This document shows, piece by piece, positions 18,724 through 27,928 of a stretch of 64,000 nucleotides of DNA. Numbering within the stretch: the first letter of the stretch is position 1; each line of letters opens with the position of its first letter. Source of the stretch: Aquificaceae bacterium (GTDB taxonomy: Bacteria > Aquificota > Aquificia > Aquificales > Aquificaceae). The notes beneath the pieces are model-generated. The model had not been told where the DNA came from. It searched no databases and saw nothing but the letters and a program-made list of their open reading frames with translations. Made by a program: the position numbers and the translations under genes. The stretch covers positions 128,001 to 192,000 of the forward strand of contig JAXSNR010000001.1 of assembly GCA_037925075.1 (NCBI GenBank). The letters are read 5' to 3'.

Positions 18724-19833
18724 CTATACCTTAGCAAGGAAGCCACGATAGACCTCAAAGAGCCTGTCAAAGGTGGATTCCCAAGAAAACCTGTTGCGTA
18801 TAAAGGAGCTGACTGTTTCCCTGTATGATAAGCTTACCGCATTGCATGCATGGACTATGGCATCGTAGAAGACTTCCAGCGTGGGCTCTTTAACCAAAAA
18901 CTCCTTGAAGGGTTGTGTTTCAAGCTCCATATCAAAGGCAACCAGTAGACAACCGCACGCTTGAGCCTCAAGAAAGGCAAGTCCGTAGGTTTCGTAAAGG
19001 GAAGTGCTAACAAAGACATCACAACTCGCGTATATTTTTGCAAGGTCTTCTTTCTTAGCAATGTATCCAAGGTATGTAAGATTTGGAAGTTTTTGAGAGA
19101 GCCTTTCTACCTTTTTTCTGGCTGGACCATCGCCCACCACGACAAGATGAAATAATGTGGGGTCAAGATGTTGGAAAACTTCAAAGAGAAGGTCCACATT
19201 CTTATCGGGGGAAAGCCTACCCGCATAGAGGAGCTTAAATCTTCCCTCTTTTACTCCTATTATTTTATTGAAGTATGGGTCTCTCATAGAGGGGTTAAAA
19301 ACGTTTGTATCAACCCCTAAGTTTACAGTAAGCACATTTTCTATTCCAGACCTTTTTAGAAAGTCTTCCTGCGTCTTGGAGGGTGTTATTATGAGGTCCG
19401 CCTGGGATAGCTTTTTTCCTATGGTGTAGTCAATTAGAGCCTTCTTTAGTCTCTCTGGAGCAGGTATAAGTGAAAGGTCCGCCCTTATGTCGGAATGATA
19501 AAAAACGCTTAACATATACCTATCTGACTTGAGATGGTTTATGGGTTGGTATGTGCCACCTAGTTCTACCACATCTGGGTCTTCTACTTTCAGTATTTCC
19601 TTTATTTCCGAAAAGGAGGAAAAGAACCTGTAGCCACCGGTAAGGGGCAAGGGAAAAGAGGGAAGCTCATAAACCTTTGTGGAGTTTATGTAGTAGGTCC
19701 TCCTTTTTCTGCCCGGCACTATAAGAACATGCTCTATACCTCTCTGTTGCACATACTTGGTCTTTTCCAGTAAATACCTTCTTATGCCACCGCTTTTGCT
19801 ATGAAAGTAAGGGGTTATATCAGCTAACTTCAT
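18724..19833 (-). CDS. GT4-family glycosyltransferase
   Basis: MKLADITPYFHSKSGGIRRY, YAGRLSPDKN, GDGP, ETYGLAFLEAQACG; ATG at 19833 preferred. Confidence 0.9.
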   Translation of the reverse strand: MKLADITPYFHSKSGGIRRYLLEKTKYVQQRGIEHVLIVPGRKRRTYYINSTKVYELPSFPLPLTGGYRFFSSFSEIKEILKVEDPDVVELGGTYQPINHLKSDRYMLSVFYHSDIRADLSLIPAPERLKKALIDYTIGKKLSQADLIITPSKTQEDFLKRSGIENVLTVNLGVDTNVFNPSMRDPYFNKIIGVKEGRFKLLYAGRLSPDKNVDLLFEVFQHLDPTLFHLVVVGDGPARKKVERLSQKLPNLTYLGYIAKKEDLAKIYASCDVFVSTSLYETYGLAFLEAQACGCLLVAFDMELETQPFKEFLVKEPTLEVFYDAIVHACNAVSLSYRETVSSFIRNRFSWESTFDRLFEVYRGFLAKV

Positions 19834-22066
19834 GGACAAGCCTTCCAAGACCAGCTATGGCTAACATGTAGTCCATGTATGTTTTTCTCATATCAAGGCT
19901 TTTGGCGTAATACAGTGCTTCCTGAGACATGCTCCTTCTGAGGCTTTCATTGGAAAGAAGAAGGGACAACCTTTCTACAAAGTCTTCTTGTCTTGTGGCT
20001 ATAAAGCCATTAACACCCTCCTTTAAATGCTCATGGGAGGCACCCTTTGAACTTACCACCACAGGAAGACCGCATGCCATAGCCTCCAAAACCACCTGCC
20101 CATAGGTTTCAGTCTCTGAGGGGAAGAGAAACACATCTGAGCTTGCGTAGGCAGTAGCCAAATATTCTCCCACCATATATCCCACAAAATGCACATTTTT
20201 TGGTTTTTTAACTTCAAGCTCTCTTCTGTATGGTCCGTCTCCCACCACCACAAAAACATCCTCCGGAAAACACCTTGCGGTATAAAGGAAGGTATCCAAA
20301 CCCTTTTCCTTAGATACCCTGCCAACGTAGAGGATCACTCTTTGATGTCTTCTTATACCAAGCTTTTCAGTCCATAAATCTTCGCGTCTTTTTTGCGGTG
20401 AAAAGAGTTCCGTATCAACACCACGCTTGAAGGTGCTTACCTTGCCATACTCAAGCCCATTACTTATAAAAAGCTTTCTGTAATGTTCTGATGGGACAAA
20501 AAGCCTATCGGAGAGATTGCCCAGAAGGACAAAGGCTTTCCAAAGTAGTTCTTCCATCTGCGAGTCTCCCGTGTAGGTTCTTGCGTAGGCTGGTATGTCC
20601 GTATGAAAGGCAAAGGTGATCCTAAGATTTAGAACTTTGCCCGCTAAAAATCCCATAAGTCCAAGGGGTCCGGGTGTGGCTATATGAACTTGGGTAAAAC
20701 CCTCCTTTTCAATAAGGTCCAACAGCTCCAAAAAGTTAGGAACTCCCATCCTTAACTCTTCATAAAAGGGCGTGGCCAATTCAAAAAGAGGTTCTAAGTT
20801 TATAAGGTTTTCCTCTTCCTTTAACTGTGAGCTTGCAACAATCACTGTAAAGGGTAGGTCTTCCTCAAGGGCTATCTGTCTTATGAGCTTAGCACTTCTT
20901 GCAACTCCGTTTATGTGGTGGTAGGTATCCGTAAGGTAGGCAACCTTTGGAGGCTTTCCGTTGCTTATACCAAACTCCTTTCCAAGGACCCTTATCTTCT
21001 GCTCTTCTCTTTTCTGGGCGTACTTTAAAAAGGCGGGGAAGCCATGAGCCACGAGGGACAGGCACAGCTCCCCAATGGTCTGCGGTGAGGGGCTTTTCAA
21101 AAGCCTTCCTATGGCAAAGGAAGGCAGTTTTTTTGCTATTTCCCTCAAAAGGTCTGACCTTTCCGCTTTTATACCAAGAAGATTTCTCAAAAGCATACCC
21201 ACCAAAGGGTTGTCCGATTGCATGAAAATATAATCAGTTATCGGTCTTACCTCAGAAGGTATCAGGTTTTTGCTTTTTAGAAAGTCATAGCCCACTCTGC
21301 AAACCATATTGAGAAGCCTTTTATCTCCAAGGTCTTCTGTTCCCAAATGCGTTCTGCCTTCCCAAAGCCCTCGCAAAAACTCCTCTTTGCTAAGGGCCCC
21401 CTCAACTCCTGTCCAAGTCCTCCCCACATCCATGCCCCCGTGGTCATCAGAGCCTGCGGTAAAGGTGATCCTCTCCCTTATCCTCTGGGGTTCCATCTTG
21501 TGCCTTTCCGCAAGGGCGTTTATTCTGTCCCACCCATCGTAATGGCGGGCTATGGTCTCTTCTATGTATCTAACACCATCCCCCCTTGTGCCGTTTATCA
21601 CCTCCCAGTTGTCAAAGAGAAGCGCCAGTTTTTCCACGAGATTCCTGTCTATATTTGTCCCCTGCACCGAATAAAGAGGGTGTGCAAGGGAATGGGCTAT
21701 CCTGTGGGACTTTAGATATCTCACAAAATCGTATAAATTTTCCCTGAGCTTGAGAAGGTCCTGATGTTGGGCTTCTGTGATGCCATAGACCAACACATGC
21801 ACCTTAGCCTTTTCCTCTGGGAATTCCACCGTGTATTCACAGCTGATAAAGACCTCCGGCAGGTGTGCTATCTCAAGAACACCGCTTATAGTGTTGTGGT
21901 CTGTTATGGTAATATAGCTCATCCCTCTTTCTTTGAGCCTTATGTATATCTCCATGGGCTCTGTAAAGCTCTCTGGGCATCCTACTAACTTGCTAAACCA
22001 ACCCCCCGGCAGGTTGGAAGCCTTTGAATGAAGGTGTAGGTCCGCCTTTGCAAAAAAGTTCCCCAT
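19820..22066 (-). CDS. PHP phosphoesterase domain / GT4 glycosyltransferase fusion
   Basis: N-terminal DLHLHS, ITDHN, AHP, GSDDH (PHP); C-terminal TDTY..INGVA, HIATPGPLG, RGVD, YVGRVSKEK, ETYGQVVLEAMACG (GT4). Confidence 0.88.
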   Translation of the reverse strand: MGNFFAKADLHLHSKASNLPGGWFSKLVGCPESFTEPMEIYIRLKERGMSYITITDHNTISGVLEIAHLPEVFISCEYTVEFPEEKAKVHVLVYGITEAQHQDLLKLRENLYDFVRYLKSHRIAHSLAHPLYSVQGTNIDRNLVEKLALLFDNWEVINGTRGDGVRYIEETIARHYDGWDRINALAERHKMEPQRIRERITFTAGSDDHGGMDVGRTWTGVEGALSKEEFLRGLWEGRTHLGTEDLGDKRLLNMVCRVGYDFLKSKNLIPSEVRPITDYIFMQSDNPLVGMLLRNLLGIKAERSDLLREIAKKLPSFAIGRLLKSPSPQTIGELCLSLVAHGFPAFLKYAQKREEQKIRVLGKEFGISNGKPPKVAYLTDTYHHINGVARSAKLIRQIALEEDLPFTVIVASSQLKEEENLINLEPLFELATPFYEELRMGVPNFLELLDLIEKEGFTQVHIATPGPLGLMGFLAGKVLNLRITFAFHTDIPAYARTYTGDSQMEELLWKAFVLLGNLSDRLFVPSEHYRKLFISNGLEYGKVSTFKRGVDTELFSPQKRREDLWTEKLGIRRHQRVILYVGRVSKEKGLDTFLYTARCFPEDVFVVVGDGPYRRELEVKKPKNVHFVGYMVGEYLATAYASSDVFLFPSETETYGQVVLEAMACGLPVVVSSKGASHEHLKEGVNGFIATRQEDFVERLSLLLSNESLRRSMSQEALYYAKSLDMRKTYMDYMLAIAGLGRLVHEVS

Positions 22067-22739
22067 AGCTGGCTAACCTCCTTTCCTTTTTTATCTTGCC
22101 AAGTATTTCTTTCCAAAGCTCTATCTTTCTTTCGTCTCTAAAGTCCGCCATATGAAGGGCAAGTCTGAGGACCTGATGACCTTTGTAGAGTTTTTCCATG
22201 TTGGGAACCACCATAAGGCTTAGCCAAGATAGCAGATTCCTGTTGCTGAAGGTAAGCGTGGGAGAGTCTATGACCCTGTTGTGGTGTAGGTCCTTTATGT
22301 GCCACCTGTAAGCTACAGCCCTAAAACCAAAGGAGTAAAGCACATCCTCAAGGTAAGGATTCCCTATCCATGCGGGTGGCACAAAAAACTCTGTATTTAG
22401 ACCAAAATATTCCATAAGCTCCAAGCCAGATTGAACCCTTTTATAGGTCTCCGTAAGGTCAAGCCCCCCAAACTCACCCTCCCCATCTGTCCAAAGCAAG
22501 TCCTGAAGCCTCTTCTTACCCTTATGGGTGTACCCATGAAGCACCAGCTCCACCTTGAGGCTTTTTAGAAGGTTCAAAAAGCTCAGGTCCCCTCCAAGTG
22601 GTGCGTACTCCCAAAAGTAGGGCACTACAAGAAGGGAAAATCTATCCAATCCCACCTCCTCCAAGAGCTCAAGGGCTTTATAAAACTCAACCCTGTAATA
22701 AGGGCTCACATCGTGAAGTTCCACTATGGCAAGCTTCAT
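21993..22739 (-). CDS. DUF2334 / polysaccharide deacetylase-family protein
   Basis: ELHDVSP, LHGYTH, EGEF, FVPPAW, RLALH motifs. Confidence 0.85.
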   Translation of the reverse strand: MKLAIVELHDVSPYYRVEFYKALELLEEVGLDRFSLLVVPYFWEYAPLGGDLSFLNLLKSLKVELVLHGYTHKGKKRLQDLLWTDGEGEFGGLDLTETYKRVQSGLELMEYFGLNTEFFVPPAWIGNPYLEDVLYSFGFRAVAYRWHIKDLHHNRVIDSPTLTFSNRNLLSWLSLMVVPNMEKLYKGHQVLRLALHMADFRDERKIELWKEILGKIKKERRLASYGELFCKGGPTPSFKGFQPAGGLV

Positions 22740-22746
22740 AGAAAAA

Positions 22747-22802
22747 AGAGTAGTATGGGAAAGTTAAGATTTCTTTAAGGTTTGGTTAAGATTTGGTTAA
22801 GA
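22747..22802 (-). promoter_or_regulatory. Four tandem Pho-box-like half-sites plus -10 element
   Basis: Minus strand TCTTAAC-CAAA-TCTTAAC-CAAA-CCTTAAA-GAAA-TCTTAAC (22802-22763), 10-nt spacer, TACTCT (22752-22747), 7 nt to ATG. Confidence 0.8.
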
Positions 22803-22803
22803 T

Positions 22804-22818
22804 GGGGGCAAAGCCCCC
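22804..22818 (-). terminator. GC hairpin downstream of thiC
   Basis: GGGGGC-AAA-GCCCCC inverted repeat just after the thiC stop; weak U-tract. Confidence 0.5.
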
Positions 22819-22825
22819 GGAGGTT

Positions 22826-24202
<1,377 letters not shown>

Positions 24203-24313
24203 CTAAAAGATGGTTTTGGGTATTTATAAATATCCTCCATTCCCTGTTGAATGCAATATGATGTTTAACCGGTTTATAATTTAAAATTGCCAAGACCCAA
24301 GGAGGGCAGAATC

Positions 24314-25144
24314 ATGAAGGATTATGTTAGCATTATAATAGCCTATCATGAGGGTAAGGCTCCAAAGACCATTAGGATAAAAAAATCTTATCTAAAAGCC
24401 TTTACGGTTTCTGCTGTGAGCTTCCTCTCCCTCTCCATTGTATCCTATATTCTTAGCATAGCTCTACTGTCCGAAAAGGAAAAGCTCAAAGCAAAGACAG
24501 AAAGGCTCCAAGTGGAAAGGCACGAAGTTTTAGCAGAGAAAGAGAGGTTAGAACAAGAGAGGTTAACTATAAGCAAAAAGCTAAAAACTTTAGAAAGCAA
24601 AATGGCAATGGTTGAGGATTATCTCTCAAAAAGAGGGGTGATAACAAAACCCTTGGCAGTGGGTGGAGCCTCTTACAAGTTTGATTATCAAGACCTATCC
24701 CATCTGGATTTCTTAAAAGAACGTAGCGACTATCTGCTGTCCAAAGTAAGGGCTACTCCCTTAGGATACCCCGTATACGGTAGGATAACCTCCCATCTGG
24801 GCTGGAGGAAAAACCCATTTGGTAGGGGTTATGAGTTTCATTCAGGTATAGACATAGAAGCACCTTATGGAAGCAAGGTTATATCCACTGCTGATGGAGT
24901 GGTAGAGTTTGCTAACAATCATGGGAGCTATGGTAAGGCGGTCATAATAAAACATCCCTCCGGTTATTACACTCTCTATGGACACCTTTCTAACATATGG
25001 GTCGAAGTAGGGCAGAAGGTAAAAGCTGGGGATGTTATAGGTCTTGTTGGGTCTACTGGGAGGTCCACAGGGCCACACCTTCACTACGAGGTACTTTTTG
25101 AGGGAAGGCTAAAGAACCCAATGGACTACTTAGTCTGGAGGTGA
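24314..25144 (+). CDS. M23 family peptidoglycan metallopeptidase (TM plus coiled coil)
   Basis: HSGID, YGHL, STGRSTGPHLHYE; ATG at 24314 with GGAGG SD. Confidence 0.9.
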   Translation: MKDYVSIIIAYHEGKAPKTIRIKKSYLKAFTVSAVSFLSLSIVSYILSIALLSEKEKLKAKTERLQVERHEVLAEKERLEQERLTISKKLKTLESKMAMVEDYLSKRGVITKPLAVGGASYKFDYQDLSHLDFLKERSDYLLSKVRATPLGYPVYGRITSHLGWRKNPFGRGYEFHSGIDIEAPYGSKVISTADGVVEFANNHGSYGKAVIIKHPSGYYTLYGHLSNIWVEVGQKVKAGDVIGLVGSTGRSTGPHLHYEVLFEGRLKNPMDYLVWR

Positions 25145-25147
25145 AAC

Positions 25148-25543
25148 ATGTTTGGAAAAAGGGAAGAGGCAAGGAGAACAAGCCAAGAGATTAAAACCCT
25201 CATAGGTGCGGGGTGCATTTTTGAGGGCAACTTGACCATCTCAGAAGGGCTAACAAGGATAGATGGGGAAATTATTGGAAACGTAAACGGTAATGGTGGG
25301 CTTATCGTCGGAGAAGGCGGAAGTATCAAGGGTAACGTAAATGTTGAAGAGGTGGTAGTGTACGGCAAGATAGAAGGGGATATAAAAGCAAAGGGGGCGG
25401 AGCTGAAGGCCGGAAGCAGGGTGGATGGAGACATAACGGTACAGGAACTTTCAATAGAGAAGGGGGCCATATACAACGGGGAGTGCAGGATGGATCAGTC
25501 CTCCAAGGTTGAAACATCCCCCACAGGAAGCCCAAGCTCCTGA
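25148..25543 (+). CDS. Bactofilin (polymer-forming cytoskeletal protein)
   Basis: TLIGAGCIFEGNL, RIDGEIIG, VYGKIEGDI, IEKGAIYNGEC beta-helix repeats. Confidence 0.92.
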   Translation: MFGKREEARRTSQEIKTLIGAGCIFEGNLTISEGLTRIDGEIIGNVNGNGGLIVGEGGSIKGNVNVEEVVVYGKIEGDIKAKGAELKAGSRVDGDITVQELSIEKGAIYNGECRMDQSSKVETSPTGSPSS

Positions 25544-27387
25544 GCCTTCAAAACCCTTCTCATTATCTTCCCGCTTCTGGTCTTGGGTAGCTTTTCCACA
25601 AATTCTATCTCATCTGGCACAGCTATGGCTCCAAGTATCTGCCTCACGTGCTGTTTTATCTCTTCTTTCAGGTGGTCTGTGGGCTCAACACCTCTTTTGA
25701 GGATTACAAAAGCCTTTATTGATTCTCCTTTTATCTCGTGAGGCTTTCCTATGACTGCAGCCTCTGCCACAGCTGGGTAGTCCACTATGGCACTCTCCAC
25801 CTCCATAGTGCCTATCCTATGCCCTGCCACATTAAGAACGTCGTCCGCTCTTCCAAGTATCATTACATAGCCTTCTTCATCATAAGTGGCAAGGTCACCT
25901 GCAAGGTAGTATCCTGGTATGGTATTCCAGTACTTTTCATACCTTTCGGGCTCTCCCCAACAGGTTCTGAGCATGGAAGGCCATGGAGTCTTTATAACAA
26001 GATTTCCAACTGTGTTTGGTGGGAGTTCTTTACCTGAGCTGTCCACAACCGCCACCTCTACACCAAAGAAAGGCTTTCCTGCCTTTCCGGGCTTTGTGGG
26101 ATAAGCTGGTATGGTGGTTATCATCTGCATGCCTGTTTCTGTCTGCCACCAAGTATCTACGATGGCACAGTTCCCTCTACCTATATGCTTGTAGTACCAT
26201 TCCCACGCTTCAGGGTTTATAGGTTCGCCAACAGTACCAAGTATTCTTAAAGAAGATAGGTCATACTTAGCTGGCCATTGCTCCCCATACCTCATAAACA
26301 TCCTTATGGCAGTTGGTGCGGTGTAGAAAACATTTACCCTGTACTTTTCCACATAGCTCCACCATCTTCCGGGATCAGGGTAATCTGGTGCACCCTCCGT
26401 TATCACAGAGGTAGCTCCGTTGGCAAGAGGTCCATAGACTATGTAGCTGTGCCCTGTTATCCAACCAATGTCTGCGGTGCACCAGAATATGTCATTTTCG
26501 TGGATGTCAAAAATTGTCTTTGTGGTAAAGTAAGTTCCCACCATATAACCACCAGTAGTATGAAGCACACCCTTGGGCTTTCCAGTGGTGCCAGAGGTGT
26601 AGAGTATAAAGAGTGGGTCTTCCGCATCCATCTGTGCAGGCTCGCATTCTGGTGAGCTGTTTTTCACGAGCTCATCAAAGCTTACAAAAAGCCCACCAGA
26701 GCCATTTAGCACATCTCCATCCCTGTCCCACACCACAACCTTTTCCACAAACCCAAGCCCGTCTATTGCCCTTTGGGCGGTGGCAAAAAGGTCTATCTTT
26801 TTGCCCCTTCTCTTTGTATAGCTGGCTGTTATCACCACCTTTGCCTTTGCATCCTCTATCCTAAGCCTTAAGGCTCCTTCACTAAAACCCGCAAAAACCA
26901 CGCTATGGATGGCACCTATTCTTGCACAAGCAAGCATGCACGCAACTGCTTCTATAGTATTAGGCATGTATATGGAAACCCTATCACCCTTCTTAACACC
27001 TAAGGACTTAAGCCCGTTGGCTATACGATTCACAAGTTCCAAAAGCTCCCCGTAGGTTATCTTCTTTTCCTTTCCATCCTCGTCCACAAAGATGTAAGCC
27101 ACCTTATTTCTTTTACCATTTTGCGCATGCCTGTCGAGGCAGTTGTAGGTTATGTTGGTCTTACCGTTTACGAACCACTTGGCATATGGATAGTTCCACT
27201 CAAGCACCTTGTCCCATTTTGTAAACCAATTAAGCTCCTCCGCCACCTTTGCCCAGAAGGCTTCCCTGTCCTTTATGGACTCTTGGTATAGGCTCTCGTA
27301 GTCCTTGATCCAAGCCCTTTCCACTATGTGGGCTGGGGGAATATATTTTTCCTCCACCTTTAAATGAACCTCTTCCCTTACTTCCAT
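25495..27387 (-). CDS. acs: Acetate--CoA ligase
   Basis: YTSGTTGKPKG, WCTADIGWITGHSY, DTWWQTETG, PKTRSGKIMRR. Confidence 0.96.
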   Translation of the reverse strand: MEVREEVHLKVEEKYIPPAHIVERAWIKDYESLYQESIKDREAFWAKVAEELNWFTKWDKVLEWNYPYAKWFVNGKTNITYNCLDRHAQNGKRNKVAYIFVDEDGKEKKITYGELLELVNRIANGLKSLGVKKGDRVSIYMPNTIEAVACMLACARIGAIHSVVFAGFSEGALRLRIEDAKAKVVITASYTKRRGKKIDLFATAQRAIDGLGFVEKVVVWDRDGDVLNGSGGLFVSFDELVKNSSPECEPAQMDAEDPLFILYTSGTTGKPKGVLHTTGGYMVGTYFTTKTIFDIHENDIFWCTADIGWITGHSYIVYGPLANGATSVITEGAPDYPDPGRWWSYVEKYRVNVFYTAPTAIRMFMRYGEQWPAKYDLSSLRILGTVGEPINPEAWEWYYKHIGRGNCAIVDTWWQTETGMQMITTIPAYPTKPGKAGKPFFGVEVAVVDSSGKELPPNTVGNLVIKTPWPSMLRTCWGEPERYEKYWNTIPGYYLAGDLATYDEEGYVMILGRADDVLNVAGHRIGTMEVESAIVDYPAVAEAAVIGKPHEIKGESIKAFVILKRGVEPTDHLKEEIKQHVRQILGAIAVPDEIEFVEKLPKTRSGKIMRRVLKAQELGLPVGDVSTLED

Positions 27388-27466
27388 GTTTTACCTCCTT
27401 ATATGGGTTTATTGAAAAAAAATATAACACATCATATTGCCTTTGTGTAGATATTATATCAGTTTG

Positions 27467-27569
27467 ATCAAAATATTACGACTTTTATCATATATTTTTG
27501 AAACTTACGGTTGTGGTTTAATTTTTAATCGGTTCCATCAAAATATTACGACTTTTATCATATATTTTT
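27467..27569. repeat. Two identical 33-bp direct repeats 70 bp apart
   Basis: ATCAAAATATTACGACTTTTATCATATATTTTT at 27467-27499 and 27537-27569 in the divergent acs / permease intergenic region. Confidence 0.9.
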
Positions 27570-27610
27570 TGAAGAAAGGGAAATAAATATATGCTAAAGA
27601 CAATATACTC

Positions 27611-27638
27611 TTGACTAAAAACAAAAAACCTGTAAAAT
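27611..27638 (+). promoter_or_regulatory. Sigma70-type promoter of the permease operon
   Basis: TTGACT-N16-TAAAAT upstream of the AGGAGG SD. Confidence 0.55.
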
Positions 27639-27669
27639 AAATCACAAACTTTTGAAAGGAGGTAAAACC

Positions 27670-27927
27670 ATGCTATCAAAAGAACAGCTGGAAAGTTATT
27701 GGCGGGAGAACCGAAACCTTATGATACTGGTTCTCCTCATATGGGCTTTGGTTTCCTATGGTGCAGCCCTTATATCGGGCTTGCTCAACAAAATAGTTAT
27801 TTTTGGCTTTCCCTTAGGTTATTACATGGGATCTCAGGGTTCTTTGGTGGTCTTTGTCCTTTTAATAATCTTTTACGCAGTTAGTATGGATAACACAGAT
27901 GAAAAATATGGAGTAAAGGAGGACTAA
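27670..27927 (+). CDS. DUF4212 small subunit of sodium:solute symporter
   Basis: YWRENRNL..LLIWALVSY, GFPLGYYMGSQGS motif; ATG at 27670 after AGGAGG. Confidence 0.88.
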   Translation: MLSKEQLESYWRENRNLMILVLLIWALVSYGAALISGLLNKIVIFGFPLGYYMGSQGSLVVFVLLIIFYAVSMDNTDEKYGVKED

Positions 27928-27928
27928 A

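Noticed and set aside
24253..27440. Shared 12-mer GCAATATGATGT at 24253-24264 and its reverse complement at 27429-27440
   Set aside because: Only two copies and just a half-site of the second motif; cannot be separated from chance without a genome-wide scan.
27462..27574. Mini CRISPR array (repeat-spacer-repeat with GTT... start and ...TGAAAC-like end)
   Set aside because: Only two units, very AT-rich, no cas genes in the window, and located in a divergent promoter; a duplicated operator is the simpler reading.
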